From an uncultured Rivularia sp. (GTDB taxonomy: Bacteria > Cyanobacteriota > Cyanobacteriia > Cyanobacteriales > Nostocaceae), in the NCBI GenBank assembly GCA_963665115.1, contig OY762007.1:4064001-4128000 (forward strand): a stretch of 64,000 bases of DNA. Direction: 5' to 3'. A program made the translations under genes and the position numbers. The notes under the pieces were generated by a model. That model was not told the DNA's origin, did not search any database, and worked only from the letters and a program-made list of their open reading frames with translations. Positions 1 through 9,224 of this stretch are shown here, in pieces (the stretch's first letter is position 1; every line of letters starts with the position of its first letter).

Positions 1-75
1 GAAGATTAAGGCTTAATGAACTACCCCGCCTCATAGGAGGGCGGGGTTTCTAAAACCCTAACCTCCGGTGAGGAC

Positions 76-1398
76 TTACGCCCGTTTTGAACGCTTCCTT
101 TGCTGTAGTTGCTTGAAAGAACCTGTATCCTTACGGTTACACTTCTTAGAAGTAGAGCTACGAACATCCACGTTTACGAGGGCTATTCCATCCCCCGGTT
201 GCCCTGAGACAGCTGTTTGATACATCACCAGCGCAGAGCCTTTATCACGCTCAATTTCAAACCCGCAGCTATCACAAACATGATAACGGTTTGATAAATC
301 TGCCCATTGTTTATGAACTTTTCCACAATTAGGGCAACGCTGAGATGGCTTCAATTTCTTGGTATCGAGAATCAGCAATAAACCGCCTTTAGCCTCAATT
401 TTGTAGCTAATCATTTTATTTAGAGCGGACATCCCCACATCTAAAACGGATTTATTCAGTCCTGCTTTTTGTCTTTTACGCTTATTTCCTTTCTTGGCTT
501 TACGAGTCATGTTTTTGACCTGTAACTCTTCAGTAACGCCGATGTCATAACGACTTGCAATATCTGACGTTATCTGATGTTGCCAATTCTTGCGCTGGTA
601 ACAAACTTTACGCTGCAATTTAGAAACAGCTTTTCTTGCTTTCCTCCAGCGCTTAGAAGGTTTTATATTTAACTTTGAGTTTGGCGCGGTTTTACGCCGC
701 ATCTTTTTAGATTTACGTTTAATTTCTTGTTCCGAATTACGAATAAAACGAGGATTTGATAGTTCGCTATACTCCTTACCATCGTAAGTTGTCAGAGCCG
801 TTGTTGTACCTAAATCGTATGCAATAATCGATTCGTACTCTAATTCGCTCGGAGAGCCGAATTTAGACTCAATACTTGGAACATCAACTGTAAAAGATGC
901 GTACCATTCGTCAGAATTGGAACGATAAACAATGGTCAATGTAGTAGGCGTACCCCATTGTTTAGCTTTACCGCGCATTCTTATTGATAAGCCTAAATCT
1001 CTTAGTTCTACCGAACCATGTTTACCATTGGTATAAACTTTCCAACCAGCGAACCCAGGGTAAGTCCAACCACTGTAGTTACGTAGTGGCTTGAATTTTG
1101 GACGTTTACGCAATCCTTTGAAAAATGCTTGAAATGCCAAATCAACACGTTTTACTGTAGATTGCAAGGCTTGAGAGCCTAAAGGCGCAAATTCTGGGTT
1201 ATCTTTCTTAAATTCAGGTAATTTATTTTGCTGATCGTAATATTTTAGACTCCTACTTTCTGTTTCCCACGCATACTTGCGACCAGCTAGACAAGCATTG
1301 TAGAGGTATTGATGCATCCGTCTTGCCTTGAACAATTGACGCTCTTGAGCTTTTTTTGGGTACAGTCGAAATGTTTGTCTTCTAGTCGCCATATACAT
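76..1398 (-). CDS. tnpB: RNA-guided endonuclease TnpB
   Basis: N-terminal RLYP HTH, RuvC-I YDLG, RuvC-II EELQVKNM, zinc ribbon CPNC..CDSC, RuvC-III ERD. Confidence 0.93.
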   Translation of the reverse strand: MYMATRRQTFRLYPKKAQERQLFKARRMHQYLYNACLAGRKYAWETESRSLKYYDQQNKLPEFKKDNPEFAPLGSQALQSTVKRVDLAFQAFFKGLRKRPKFKPLRNYSGWTYPGFAGWKVYTNGKHGSVELRDLGLSIRMRGKAKQWGTPTTLTIVYRSNSDEWYASFTVDVPSIESKFGSPSELEYESIIAYDLGTTTALTTYDGKEYSELSNPRFIRNSEQEIKRKSKKMRRKTAPNSKLNIKPSKRWRKARKAVSKLQRKVCYQRKNWQHQITSDIASRYDIGVTEELQVKNMTRKAKKGNKRKRQKAGLNKSVLDVGMSALNKMISYKIEAKGGLLLILDTKKLKPSQRCPNCGKVHKQWADLSNRYHVCDSCGFEIERDKGSALVMYQTAVSGQPGDGIALVNVDVRSSTSKKCNRKDTGSFKQLQQRKRSKRA

Positions 1399-1625
1399 AT
1401 CACCTCCTTGATTTGCGTGACGAATAACTATACTTTACCCATTCCTTAATTTCATCAAATTCTTTTTGTGCTGAGTGCTTACTTTCACAATAAATCTTCC
1501 ATAAATCTTTTCCTAAAATATCCTCAAATAAAACTTCAAATCTTCTGTCATATTGATTCCAAATGCCATTGAGTTTTGGTTTATATCTACCTATAAATTT
1601 TTGTTCTAATTCGTCTAATATCTCT

Positions 1626-2003
1626 AAATATCGTAGAAAAGTATTCACCGAGGCAATGATTGAGGACATGAAAGGTGTGTTTAGTAGAGTACTTGAGGCG
1701 AATAAATCAAAGCTTGAAGATTGCAATGGGGAACCCGATCGCGTACATTTATTGGTAGATTTGCATCCAGACAATAAAATTTCTGACTTGGTAGCATCTC
1801 TCAAATCAGCTAGCAGTAGAGTGATAAGAGAAAAATATAAGCCAGAAGTTGATAAGCACTATTGGGGAAAAGCTAAACTATGGCATGACTCAAAATGTAT
1901 CGTTTCTTGTGGCGGCGCACCATTAGAAAAGGTCAAGCAATACATACAGGGTCAGTCCGGCGGGAGATTGTCAAAAAAGGGGACATCGAATCCCCTTCAA
2001 TGA
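1626..2003 (+). pseudogene. tnpA: IS200-type Y1 transposase TnpA, 5'-truncated with HUH motif mutated
   Basis: KYRRKVF...LKSASSR...LW..S...SCGGAPLE.VKQYI matches TnpA. The HUH motif reads DRVH instead of DHVH, and the usual N-terminus before KYRR is absent. Confidence 0.8.
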
Positions 2004-2117
2004 AGCGGCTATCCATCCCCACCGTTTAGACAGATGGGGAATTCCGCCGTTTTATTAAAATTCATTTCATGGTATTAAAATTAAGTAAGGAAGAATGTAA
2101 AAAAAAAGGTTGTAACC

Positions 2118-2237
2118 ATGACTCCCTCTTTAGCAAATTTTCTTTGGAGCTTAGCCTGGGGTGCTGCGATTTTTGTAATCCCCGCAACAGTGGCATTAAT
2201 TTTCATTAGTCAAAGAGATAAAATCCAACGTTTCTAG
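2118..2237 (+). CDS. psbX: Photosystem II protein PsbX
   Basis: Manual translation [39 protein letters not shown]; lies upstream of ycf66 as usual. Confidence 0.93.
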   Translation: MTPSLANFLWSLAWGAAIFVIPATVALIFISQRDKIQRF

Positions 2238-2517
2238 AATTCGTTTGGAGGCGTAGGAGACTACGTTTCTTGAAGATAACAACAATTTATCTACTGATTG
2301 TTAACTTGACTGGGTTTTAACCATTTCTCTCACAGAGGACAAGTTATACTTAACTGAAACGCCCAGTCTTGTGAACTTTAAGCAACAATGTAAAGACGCG
2401 GTATTGAATAGCTCCCGTTCGGAGTCAGGCAATTCGCGTCTTTATATTTGTATTTGCTTGCTGTAGAGATTTTAATTACGACTCGCTAACATAGATTTGA
2501 TATCGGGATAAAGAACA

Positions 2518-3465
2518 ATGCTAACTTATGGGCTGAACTCAGCCAGCGTTCTGGCTCAGGTAAATATAGGAACTAATCCAGCTAGTATTCTAGGAATTTT
2601 TCTAGCTGTTGCTGGAGCCGGACTATATGGTCTTCGTACTATACGTCCCGAACTTTCGCGGGACCAAGATATATTTTTTGCCGCTGTCGGCTTATTGTGC
2701 GGTTTTATTTTTATTTTTCAAGGTTGGCGATTAGACCCAATCTTGCAATTCGGTCAATTGCTTTTAGTGGGAACTACTGTATATTTTGCGTATGAAAGTA
2801 TTCGTCTGCGCGGTATAGCGACTCAGCAAGCCAAACGCAGCACTCCGATTGTAGACCGCGAGCGAGATGTCAGCGACCGCTACGACTATGACGATCGCGG
2901 TAAATATGGTGCTGAGGTAGAAGATTATGACCGGGAGCCTTTACCTTACGACCCGTATTATGAAGATGAGCGTCCAACCCCACCCCCACGTCCGCAAATT
3001 CGGGGAAGTAGGGACAGTCGCCCATCTCGCAGTGAATACTACGAAGATCCAGCCCCTCGTCGTCCGGAACGTCGCAACGATATAGAAAGAATTGAAGACG
3101 ACAGACCACCCCGTCGTCGCAGTTCCAGTTCCAGCAGACGCACTAACACCCGTAGCACACCAAGACTTGAAGAAAGCGATTGGGGTTCAACTCCTCCACC
3201 AGTAGATGATTGGGATAATTCCCGTACAGAAGAAAGAAGAACACCTCGTCGGAATAGCGACAGACCTACTTCTCGAAGAAGCGACGAAGATATTATCCAA
3301 CCAAGAACTTCAAAGAAACGTCGTCCCAGGAGAGATTCAGATCCGAGACGAGAACGCGGAGTTGGTGAGGTCATACCCACCGATTATGAAGATTACAACC
3401 CAATTGTTCGTTTAGAAGACGAGAAAGACGATCCACTACCACCAGTAAAACTCGACGACGAATAG
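2518..3465 (+). CDS. ycf66: Ycf66 family protein
   Basis: RPELSRDQDIFFAAVGLLCG..QGWRLDPILQFGQ N-terminal domain with an R/D/P-rich tail. Confidence 0.9.
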   Translation: MLTYGLNSASVLAQVNIGTNPASILGIFLAVAGAGLYGLRTIRPELSRDQDIFFAAVGLLCGFIFIFQGWRLDPILQFGQLLLVGTTVYFAYESIRLRGIATQQAKRSTPIVDRERDVSDRYDYDDRGKYGAEVEDYDREPLPYDPYYEDERPTPPPRPQIRGSRDSRPSRSEYYEDPAPRRPERRNDIERIEDDRPPRRRSSSSSRRTNTRSTPRLEESDWGSTPPPVDDWDNSRTEERRTPRRNSDRPTSRRSDEDIIQPRTSKKRRPRRDSDPRRERGVGEVIPTDYEDYNPIVRLEDEKDDPLPPVKLDDE

Positions 3466-3503
3466 GTAAAAATTGGTGTTGCCAGCAGAGAAAATTAATT
3501 AAG

Positions 3504-4067
3504 GTGAAACAATTTATCCGCTTATTTCGGCTCCAATTGCAATTTCGTTGGAGTCTTTGTCTTAGCTTAGCTAGTTTGCTTGTATCTTGTAGTTACGACG
3601 ATTTTCCCATTGGTTCTAATTCCCTCAATACTCGTAACACCGAAGAACAACCAGCTTTAAGCGGAAACGGTCGCTTTTTAGCCTTTGTATCAAATCGTAG
3701 CAGTACTCAGCAATTATTATTGTACGATTTAGAGCAGCAAAAGTTGATTCCTACACCGCGTTTGAATCGACGTAACGCAATCGCGGAAAGTCCCAGCCTC
3801 AGCTACAGCGGACGTTACATAGTTTACAGCACCAGCGACCGTGGAAGACCAGTAGTCGGGCTTTATGACCGTGCCGTCGGACAGTCGCAAATCCTCACCC
3901 CAACTTATAATGGCTGGGTAAGAAATCCCAGCGTCAGCCCCGATGGTAGATATGTTGTATTTGAAACAACCATTCGCGGTCAGTGGGATATTGAAGTACT
4001 CGATCGAGGAGCGAATATAGAGTTAGATATTCCCAACGGTGCGCCGGTAAGTGCGCCGCCGCAGTAG
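3504..4067 (+). CDS. TolB-like (PD40 repeat) lipoprotein
   Basis: Lipobox LVSC; PALSGNGR, PSLSYSGR and PSVSPDGR repeats. Confidence 0.85.
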   Translation: MKQFIRLFRLQLQFRWSLCLSLASLLVSCSYDDFPIGSNSLNTRNTEEQPALSGNGRFLAFVSNRSSTQQLLLYDLEQQKLIPTPRLNRRNAIAESPSLSYSGRYIVYSTSDRGRPVVGLYDRAVGQSQILTPTYNGWVRNPSVSPDGRYVVFETTIRGQWDIEVLDRGANIELDIPNGAPVSAPPQ

Positions 4068-4109
4068 GAGAGAGGGGGAAGAGGGGGAAGAGGGGGAAGA
4101 GGGGGTAGA

Positions 4110-4230
4110 AATTACCAATTACCAATTACCAATTACCAATTACCCATTACCCATTACCCATTACCCATTACCCATTACCAATGCCCAATCCCCAATGCCC
4201 AATCCCCAATCCCCAATCCCCAATCCCCAA
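4110..4230 (+). repeat. STRR heptamer tandem repeats (ATTACCA/ATTACCC/ATCCCCA)
   Basis: Directly visible tandem heptamers typical of Nostocales. Confidence 0.9.
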
Positions 4231-4744
4231 ATTAATTTCATTTTGCTTATTTACGAGTTTTAGTTTATTAACTGCTTGTAGTTCTCCACGTATATTAAGT
4301 TACCCTTTTGAGAATAGTGGTAGGGGTCTTAATTCTGGTGCTTCGGAGTTAAATCCACACATTTCTAATAGATATATTGTTTATACGAGCGATCGCCGGG
4401 GAAGCCAAGATGTTTATATGTTCGATCGGATGACTCGCAATTTGATTAACTTGCCTGGGCTGAATTCATTTGATGCGATCGCCAGTCATCCTGCGGTTTC
4501 TCAAGATGCTAAATATATTGTGTTTGCTGCTTCTCGCGAAGGAAGAAGTAATATATTTTTGTACGATAAGGAAACTCGTCAGTCGCGCAATTTGACAGGG
4601 AATCTTCAAGCGGAAGTTCGCAATCCTACAATTAGTGCCGATGGCAACAGAATTGCCTTTGAGTATACTTTTAACGGACAGTGGGATGTTTTGGTTTACG
4701 ACAGATTCGGAAGACGTTTAAATATACCCCAAGAACCAAAGTAA
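4181..4744 (+). CDS. TolB-like (PD40 repeat) lipoprotein, second copy
   Basis: Lipobox LTAC; PAVSQDAK and PTISADGN repeats; start uncertain because it lies in the STRR. Confidence 0.8.
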   Translation: MPNPQCPIPNPQSPIPKLISFCLFTSFSLLTACSSPRILSYPFENSGRGLNSGASELNPHISNRYIVYTSDRRGSQDVYMFDRMTRNLINLPGLNSFDAIASHPAVSQDAKYIVFAASREGRSNIFLYDKETRQSRNLTGNLQAEVRNPTISADGNRIAFEYTFNGQWDVLVYDRFGRRLNIPQEPK

Positions 4745-4870
4745 TATTTATTACAAATGTAAGGTATGTTATGGCTTCTAATATATTGGATTACAAATTA
4801 CCATATTCAAAATGCCGTAACGCACTATTTACGGTATATCGAAATTTGTAATAATGCCGTAATCAAATAT

Positions 4871-5707
4871 TCAATTGAAAGAGTAATTATTCCAGTCAGC
4901 TACAGGTTTATAACCAATCTCTTGATATATTTTATTGGAAGTCGGGTTTGATAGATCGGTAAATAGAAAACAGAATTTATATCCTTTTTTGAGCAAAGAT
5001 TGACTTAAAGCCGCAACACAAGCACCTGCATAACCTTGTTTGCGATATTCTGGTGGCGTATAAACCAAACTTATACCAGCACCATTTGGAGTTAAACGCG
5101 CAATAGAAGCCATTGAAACCAGAATTTCATCTTGCCAAAAATAAGCAGTACCTTTTTGCAATACTCTTTCAACCCAGCTTTCGCTATCTGATTCAATTTT
5201 ACCTAATGCTTCTAAATTAAAAGCGTCATGCCATGATGTTAAAAGTTCTTTGTCATTTTCTGTCGCTAATCTCAAATTACCTTTGACTCGTGAAACTAAC
5301 TCTACTTTTTCTAACTTGAAAATACGTAGTGGTAGCTTTAACTTGTAGGATGAATTTGTTAACAAACACCATTTTTCAGCAAAAGCTTGTGCTTCAACAA
5401 TAGGAGCATTTATATCTGTTAATATTTCGTTATTCCGCTGTAAATCTTCAGCAATAATATCTATTGCTGCTAAATCTTTGATTTTTGACAGTAGTAATTT
5501 ATGAGCAAGCGTCATCATTGCCACTGCAATAATATTTCCATCTTGCTCAACTGCTGCTAAGTAAGGTTTAATTTTGTATCTTTCTAGATGATTAATTAAA
5601 GTATGGCTAATACCCAACTGCAAGTTATGCAATACTTCATCATTCAATAAATAATCTGTTACTTTTTTATAAAATAGACTTGCATCTTCAAAGCGATGAA
5701 GTTTCAT
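4871..5707 (-). CDS. GNAT family N-acetyltransferase
   Basis: VYTPPEYRKQGYA acetyl-CoA motif; NPTSNKIYQEIGY. Confidence 0.9.
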   Translation of the reverse strand: MKLHRFEDASLFYKKVTDYLLNDEVLHNLQLGISHTLINHLERYKIKPYLAAVEQDGNIIAVAMMTLAHKLLLSKIKDLAAIDIIAEDLQRNNEILTDINAPIVEAQAFAEKWCLLTNSSYKLKLPLRIFKLEKVELVSRVKGNLRLATENDKELLTSWHDAFNLEALGKIESDSESWVERVLQKGTAYFWQDEILVSMASIARLTPNGAGISLVYTPPEYRKQGYAGACVAALSQSLLKKGYKFCFLFTDLSNPTSNKIYQEIGYKPVADWNNYSFN

Positions 5708-5749
5708 AATTGATATATTTGAATTAAAATAAAATTAGCAAATGAAAAA

Positions 5750-6181
5750 TTAAATAAACAAATAATTATCTAACTGCATCAATAAAGGATTAATTGTTTT
5801 TTCCTGAATCATATGTGGTGGATTCCAATCAACCCATCGATAACCGCTATGTTCAGTAAGTTTTAAATCAACTTCGTACTTCAGCCATCCCAAAAAAATT
5901 ACTAATGTTTTTTCTACTTTTTCACCCTTGAACCGCTTATATTTAGTATGATAAGTGTCGGTATATCGGAAATTAGTATCTAAATCTATATCTTGAAGTG
6001 CAATTCCTGTTTCTTCAGCTAATTCTCTTAAAGCACAACTAACTTCATCTTCGCCAAACTCAATATGACCTTTGGGGATATCGTAGATGTTTTTGGAACT
6101 AGGGTTTTTAAGCATCAAAAGAAAGCTTATTTGGGGTTGCTTTCTCATCACCATAACGCCACAAGATTTTGTTTTTCGCAT
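5750..6181 (-). CDS. Nudix hydrolase (Ap4A hydrolase-like)
   Basis: Nudix box GHIEFGEDEVSCALRELAEETGI; KSCG N-terminus and EH..Y.W. Confidence 0.88.
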   Translation of the reverse strand: MRKTKSCGVMVMRKQPQISFLLMLKNPSSKNIYDIPKGHIEFGEDEVSCALRELAEETGIALQDIDLDTNFRYTDTYHTKYKRFKGEKVEKTLVIFLGWLKYEVDLKLTEHSGYRWVDWNPPHMIQEKTINPLLMQLDNYLFI

Positions 6182-6273
6182 GAATTATAGAAACAATTTA
6201 CTTTCAGAATTTTAGCAGTAGTTAAAAGCAAGATTCCGAATAAATTGATTATCTTTGACTCTTGACCTTTGAT

Positions 6274-7473
6274 TTAAACATATTTATGCTTAAATTCATA
6301 CATCAGATCGACTCTACCTTTACGCAACATAGCTGGATCGAGTCTTTCTGTAGTATTGCAAGTCATTAAAATAACTAGTCGCTGCTGAATTTGAAACCTA
6401 GAGTCATCAATTACGCTTTGATATAAGGTTCCATCCAACAAACTTAAAATATGTTCGGTTTTGTTGCTGTATTGCGCTACTTCACTAGCCCTATCTTGTG
6501 CTAAATTATCAGCTTCGTTAATTATGATGCAAATCCTTTCTAAATAAGTTGGTGGAACAAAGTTAGAAACAGCATCGCGATCCAAAATAAAAATTACGTA
6601 TCCCAAAGGTACAAGAATCTCTTTAGCAACTGCTTGAGTCCATACGGTTTTACCAGTACCAGGTTCCCCATGTACTAATACGGCTAATTGAGTTTGATTT
6701 AAAACCGCTTGCTGCACGTCATCAGTAAAATTCTGAATATCCGCAGGAAAACTATTTACAGAAAACTGAGTATTAACTTTCCCTACCCGACTTTGATATC
6801 CGCTTAACATCACGGCTAAATCGTAAATCGATTTGTTAATTAATGGCGTTAAATTTTTTGCCATTAAAGTATATTGTCTTCTTCCTCTTTCATAAGGTTC
6901 AATCTGCAGCCAAACATCGTATTTAGACCAGTAAGCATAAACCGTGTTGATAACTTCCAAACGTTCCCAACTATTGAACTTTTCTATAGGTAAATAAAAA
7001 TCTCTTTCTTGATAATATTGAGTAATTAAATCGGGAACATCTAATAAGCCGAGAACCCGAAAAACTGCAATTTCCTGGAGTCTATTTAAAAGATAATCAA
7101 TTGGAATGCTGCTGCGGCTAACGAATTGAACTATGGGCGTTTCCGTACTTAAAAGGTCTTTATATCGATGGTCTGGTGTAAGCGGATCGGGTGTTACATA
7201 ATTCCAGTACTTCTCAAGTTCGTAACGAGTGTCTTCAGAAGTAAGGCTCATTAAATTTGCCCACCAAGCATAATGATTTCTTCCTAACGTCTCAGTTAGA
7301 CTGCTAGTCAAATTTAATGTTTTTTGAGTTAATTCCTGAGAATCATTAGATAATAATTGCCATAAATATTCCCAATTTAATTCTCTATAAAAAGGTCGCC
7401 AACCGCTAGCAAGCAAAGTTTGGCGATTGTTGTTACCGCGAGAGTTATCTTGCCCGAAATAGTCAAATTCCAT
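6274..7473 (-). CDS. AAA+ ATPase
   Basis: Walker A GEPGTGKT, Walker B-like IIINEAD, SRH TCNTTERLDPAMLRKGRVD. Confidence 0.88.
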   Translation of the reverse strand: MEFDYFGQDNSRGNNNRQTLLASGWRPFYRELNWEYLWQLLSNDSQELTQKTLNLTSSLTETLGRNHYAWWANLMSLTSEDTRYELEKYWNYVTPDPLTPDHRYKDLLSTETPIVQFVSRSSIPIDYLLNRLQEIAVFRVLGLLDVPDLITQYYQERDFYLPIEKFNSWERLEVINTVYAYWSKYDVWLQIEPYERGRRQYTLMAKNLTPLINKSIYDLAVMLSGYQSRVGKVNTQFSVNSFPADIQNFTDDVQQAVLNQTQLAVLVHGEPGTGKTVWTQAVAKEILVPLGYVIFILDRDAVSNFVPPTYLERICIIINEADNLAQDRASEVAQYSNKTEHILSLLDGTLYQSVIDDSRFQIQQRLVILMTCNTTERLDPAMLRKGRVDLMYEFKHKYV

Positions 7474-7689
7474 ATTTTCAGGATTAGGGAAGTTTTCAGT
7501 TTTCAGTTTTCACAAAGCTTATACCATTTTATGATTTTATATTTTAACAACGGATGCGCTTTTTTAGATTCCTAAATTTTAGACTTTGAATTTAAAACGA
7601 AAAACAAAGGGATGGGTAATTATAATTTATAAATTATAACTTTAAAAGTTTGGTTAATAAGATTTAAAATATCAAATAATACAAAAATT

Positions 7690-7878
7690 CCCATAAGATA
7701 ACCACTTGCGTGCAAGTTGTCAGAGCAAAGCGTTTATCACTCAAAAGAAACTCCGTTGGTGAGTTGCTACACACTCTTTGAAGGATAGCTACTTTTAGGT
7801 TAGTGTCTTTCTCGCTTCTCCCATGCTACATGGTTCGTAAGCTGTTGGCTGTTAAGGCACGCAATATAACTGAGTTCC
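7690..7878 (-). ncRNA. Putative structured ncRNA 2 (~190 nt)
   Basis: No ORF in the track. Closing stem UUGCGUGC/GCACGCAA (7857-7864 with 7706-7713), internal hairpins, and a 5' GGAACUCAGUUA shared with the neighbouring RNA. Confidence 0.5.
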
Positions 7879-7915
7879 TAATGGAAGAATTAAAAATTAA
7901 AAATTAAAGTAACTT

Positions 7916-8020
7916 AAAAAAGGACAGGTGGTTAGCGCAATAGTATTCATATGACCGCTATGTGCAGTTTTTCCCGAATTTGGAATCAGGGGGGCTGAAT
8001 ACTTCGCCTAACTCAGTTCC
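7916..8020 (-). ncRNA. Putative Y-RNA-like ncRNA 1 (~100 nt)
   Basis: Starts just after a TTGACA-18-TACAAT promoter. 5'/3' ends pair (GUUAG/CUAAC, AGUAUUCA/UGAAUACU), GGCGAAG lies on the 5' strand, and it ends in a U-run. Confidence 0.6.
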
Positions 8021-8024
8021 TTAT

Positions 8025-8061
8025 GTATTACATTGTAGTATAGCGACTTTTATTTTGTCAA
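8025..8061 (-). promoter_or_regulatory. sigma70 promoter with overlapping palindromic operator (TrcR-like box)
   Basis: Minus strand TTGACA-N18-TACAAT; box ATACTACA-A-TGTAATAC at 8025-8041. Confidence 0.75.
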
Positions 8062-8145
8062 GGGATTTTTAGCTAATTGTGGATTTAATAGGAAACAGAG
8101 AAACCCGGTTTCTGAATTTTCGGAAATAGCTTTAAATTATTAACA

Positions 8146-9192
8146 TTAAACACTCAAAGCATACTCCGACTTAGCAAATACCGAAGCATAAACTAAATTT
8201 CCTTCCTCTTTCACAAACTCACCAGCAAAGTTGTTACCTTCTATGGTTCTCAATTGCAAATTCAAAAACTTTTCTTGCTTGATAACTTCAAATTTTTCTG
8301 GTGGAGTATTCGCCAAATTGCTTTGAACTTGAGCGTACATTTGCTGACGACTTTCCACCAGCTGCTGCCGTAATTCGGCTAAATTTGTCGCAGAAAATGG
8401 AGCTATCTGCTGTGCAACTTGTTGTTTTTCCAAATGCATAGCTGCAACACCATAGCAGAAGCAAACCAAAGACATCCAAACTTCTTGAAAATAAGCTGTA
8501 TTCGGAGCAATTTCGATACCAGCTAACTTGTCACCGAGAATAAATAACGCTCCAGTTTGTCCCTGAAGTAATTCAAAACGACTTTGATATTGGGTTAAAA
8601 ATGCTCGTTTAGCACTAAGAATTTGTTCTAAATGCCCGCGATTTTGTAAACCGAAGCGTTGGTTAAGTTTGCTAATCGCATTCCAAAGTTTACTATAGCT
8701 TTTTTGACCTTGTAATTTAAGCGCTTCTTCACGTAGAAACAATGGCAAAATAAAAAACCACTGTTCGCGTTCTTCTAAGTATCCACCTTGCCCAGATTGT
8801 ACGCAGCAGGCATCTTCAAACATCAGCTTTTGTCCTTCAGCGATAAAAGCGCTACGACACAAAGCGTGATTTTGAGCTTTGTCTTGGATGTATCCCATAT
8901 GTAACGGAACGATCGCGATTCCTTGGGAATGATTGGTGATTTCCATATTCCCGTAACCGCGTATTTGGGTTAATTTTAATCCCGAAAGCGGTGGAGCAAA
9001 TTTATGTTTATTTCCTAAATTACTGCCAAAAATAGGAACAATTGTCATGATGCCTGATTTTTGGGGAATACCAAAACGGTAAGTAGATAAATCAAATGTT
9101 TGGTAATTGGTAATTGGTAATTTATAATTATTCATCATAAGTTGTGTGTGAAGAGAAAAAATATTGATGTCTAAAGAGTAAGATGCGGACAC
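8146..9192 (-). CDS. Conserved hypothetical protein, ARPP-like (ARPP-1/ARPP-2)
   Basis: Long ORF with AQNHAL..., ACCVQSGQGG, LW..I and GQTGALF..GIEIAP motifs recalled from ARPP-type proteins; start may be downstream. Confidence 0.55.
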   Translation of the reverse strand: MSASYSLDINIFSLHTQLMMNNYKLPITNYQTFDLSTYRFGIPQKSGIMTIVPIFGSNLGNKHKFAPPLSGLKLTQIRGYGNMEITNHSQGIAIVPLHMGYIQDKAQNHALCRSAFIAEGQKLMFEDACCVQSGQGGYLEEREQWFFILPLFLREEALKLQGQKSYSKLWNAISKLNQRFGLQNRGHLEQILSAKRAFLTQYQSRFELLQGQTGALFILGDKLAGIEIAPNTAYFQEVWMSLVCFCYGVAAMHLEKQQVAQQIAPFSATNLAELRQQLVESRQQMYAQVQSNLANTPPEKFEVIKQEKFLNLQLRTIEGNNFAGEFVKEEGNLVYASVFAKSEYALSV

Positions 9193-9224
9193 TACGCTAT
9201 CTTTTTGAAAGATTAACTGATTTT

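Larger units (their letters stand above)
17..2055. mobile_element. IS200/IS605-family element (divergent tnpA/tnpB)
   Basis: tnpB (-) and tnpA (+) diverge. Subterminal hairpins CCCCGCCTC-ATAG-GAGGGCGGGG (~25-47) and TCCCCACCGT..ATGGGGA (~2015-2040). The minus-strand right end reads ...GGTAGTTCA. Ends approximate. Confidence 0.85.

Noticed and set aside
1400..1804. 134-aa minus-strand ORF as a complete gene
   Set aside because: Its first half is antisense tnpA; only 1400-1625 looks like a real gene fragment.
4051..4263. ORFs made of PITNYQL-type repeats (also 37081-37371 and 44590-44784)
   Set aside because: Translations of STRR heptamer arrays, not proteins.
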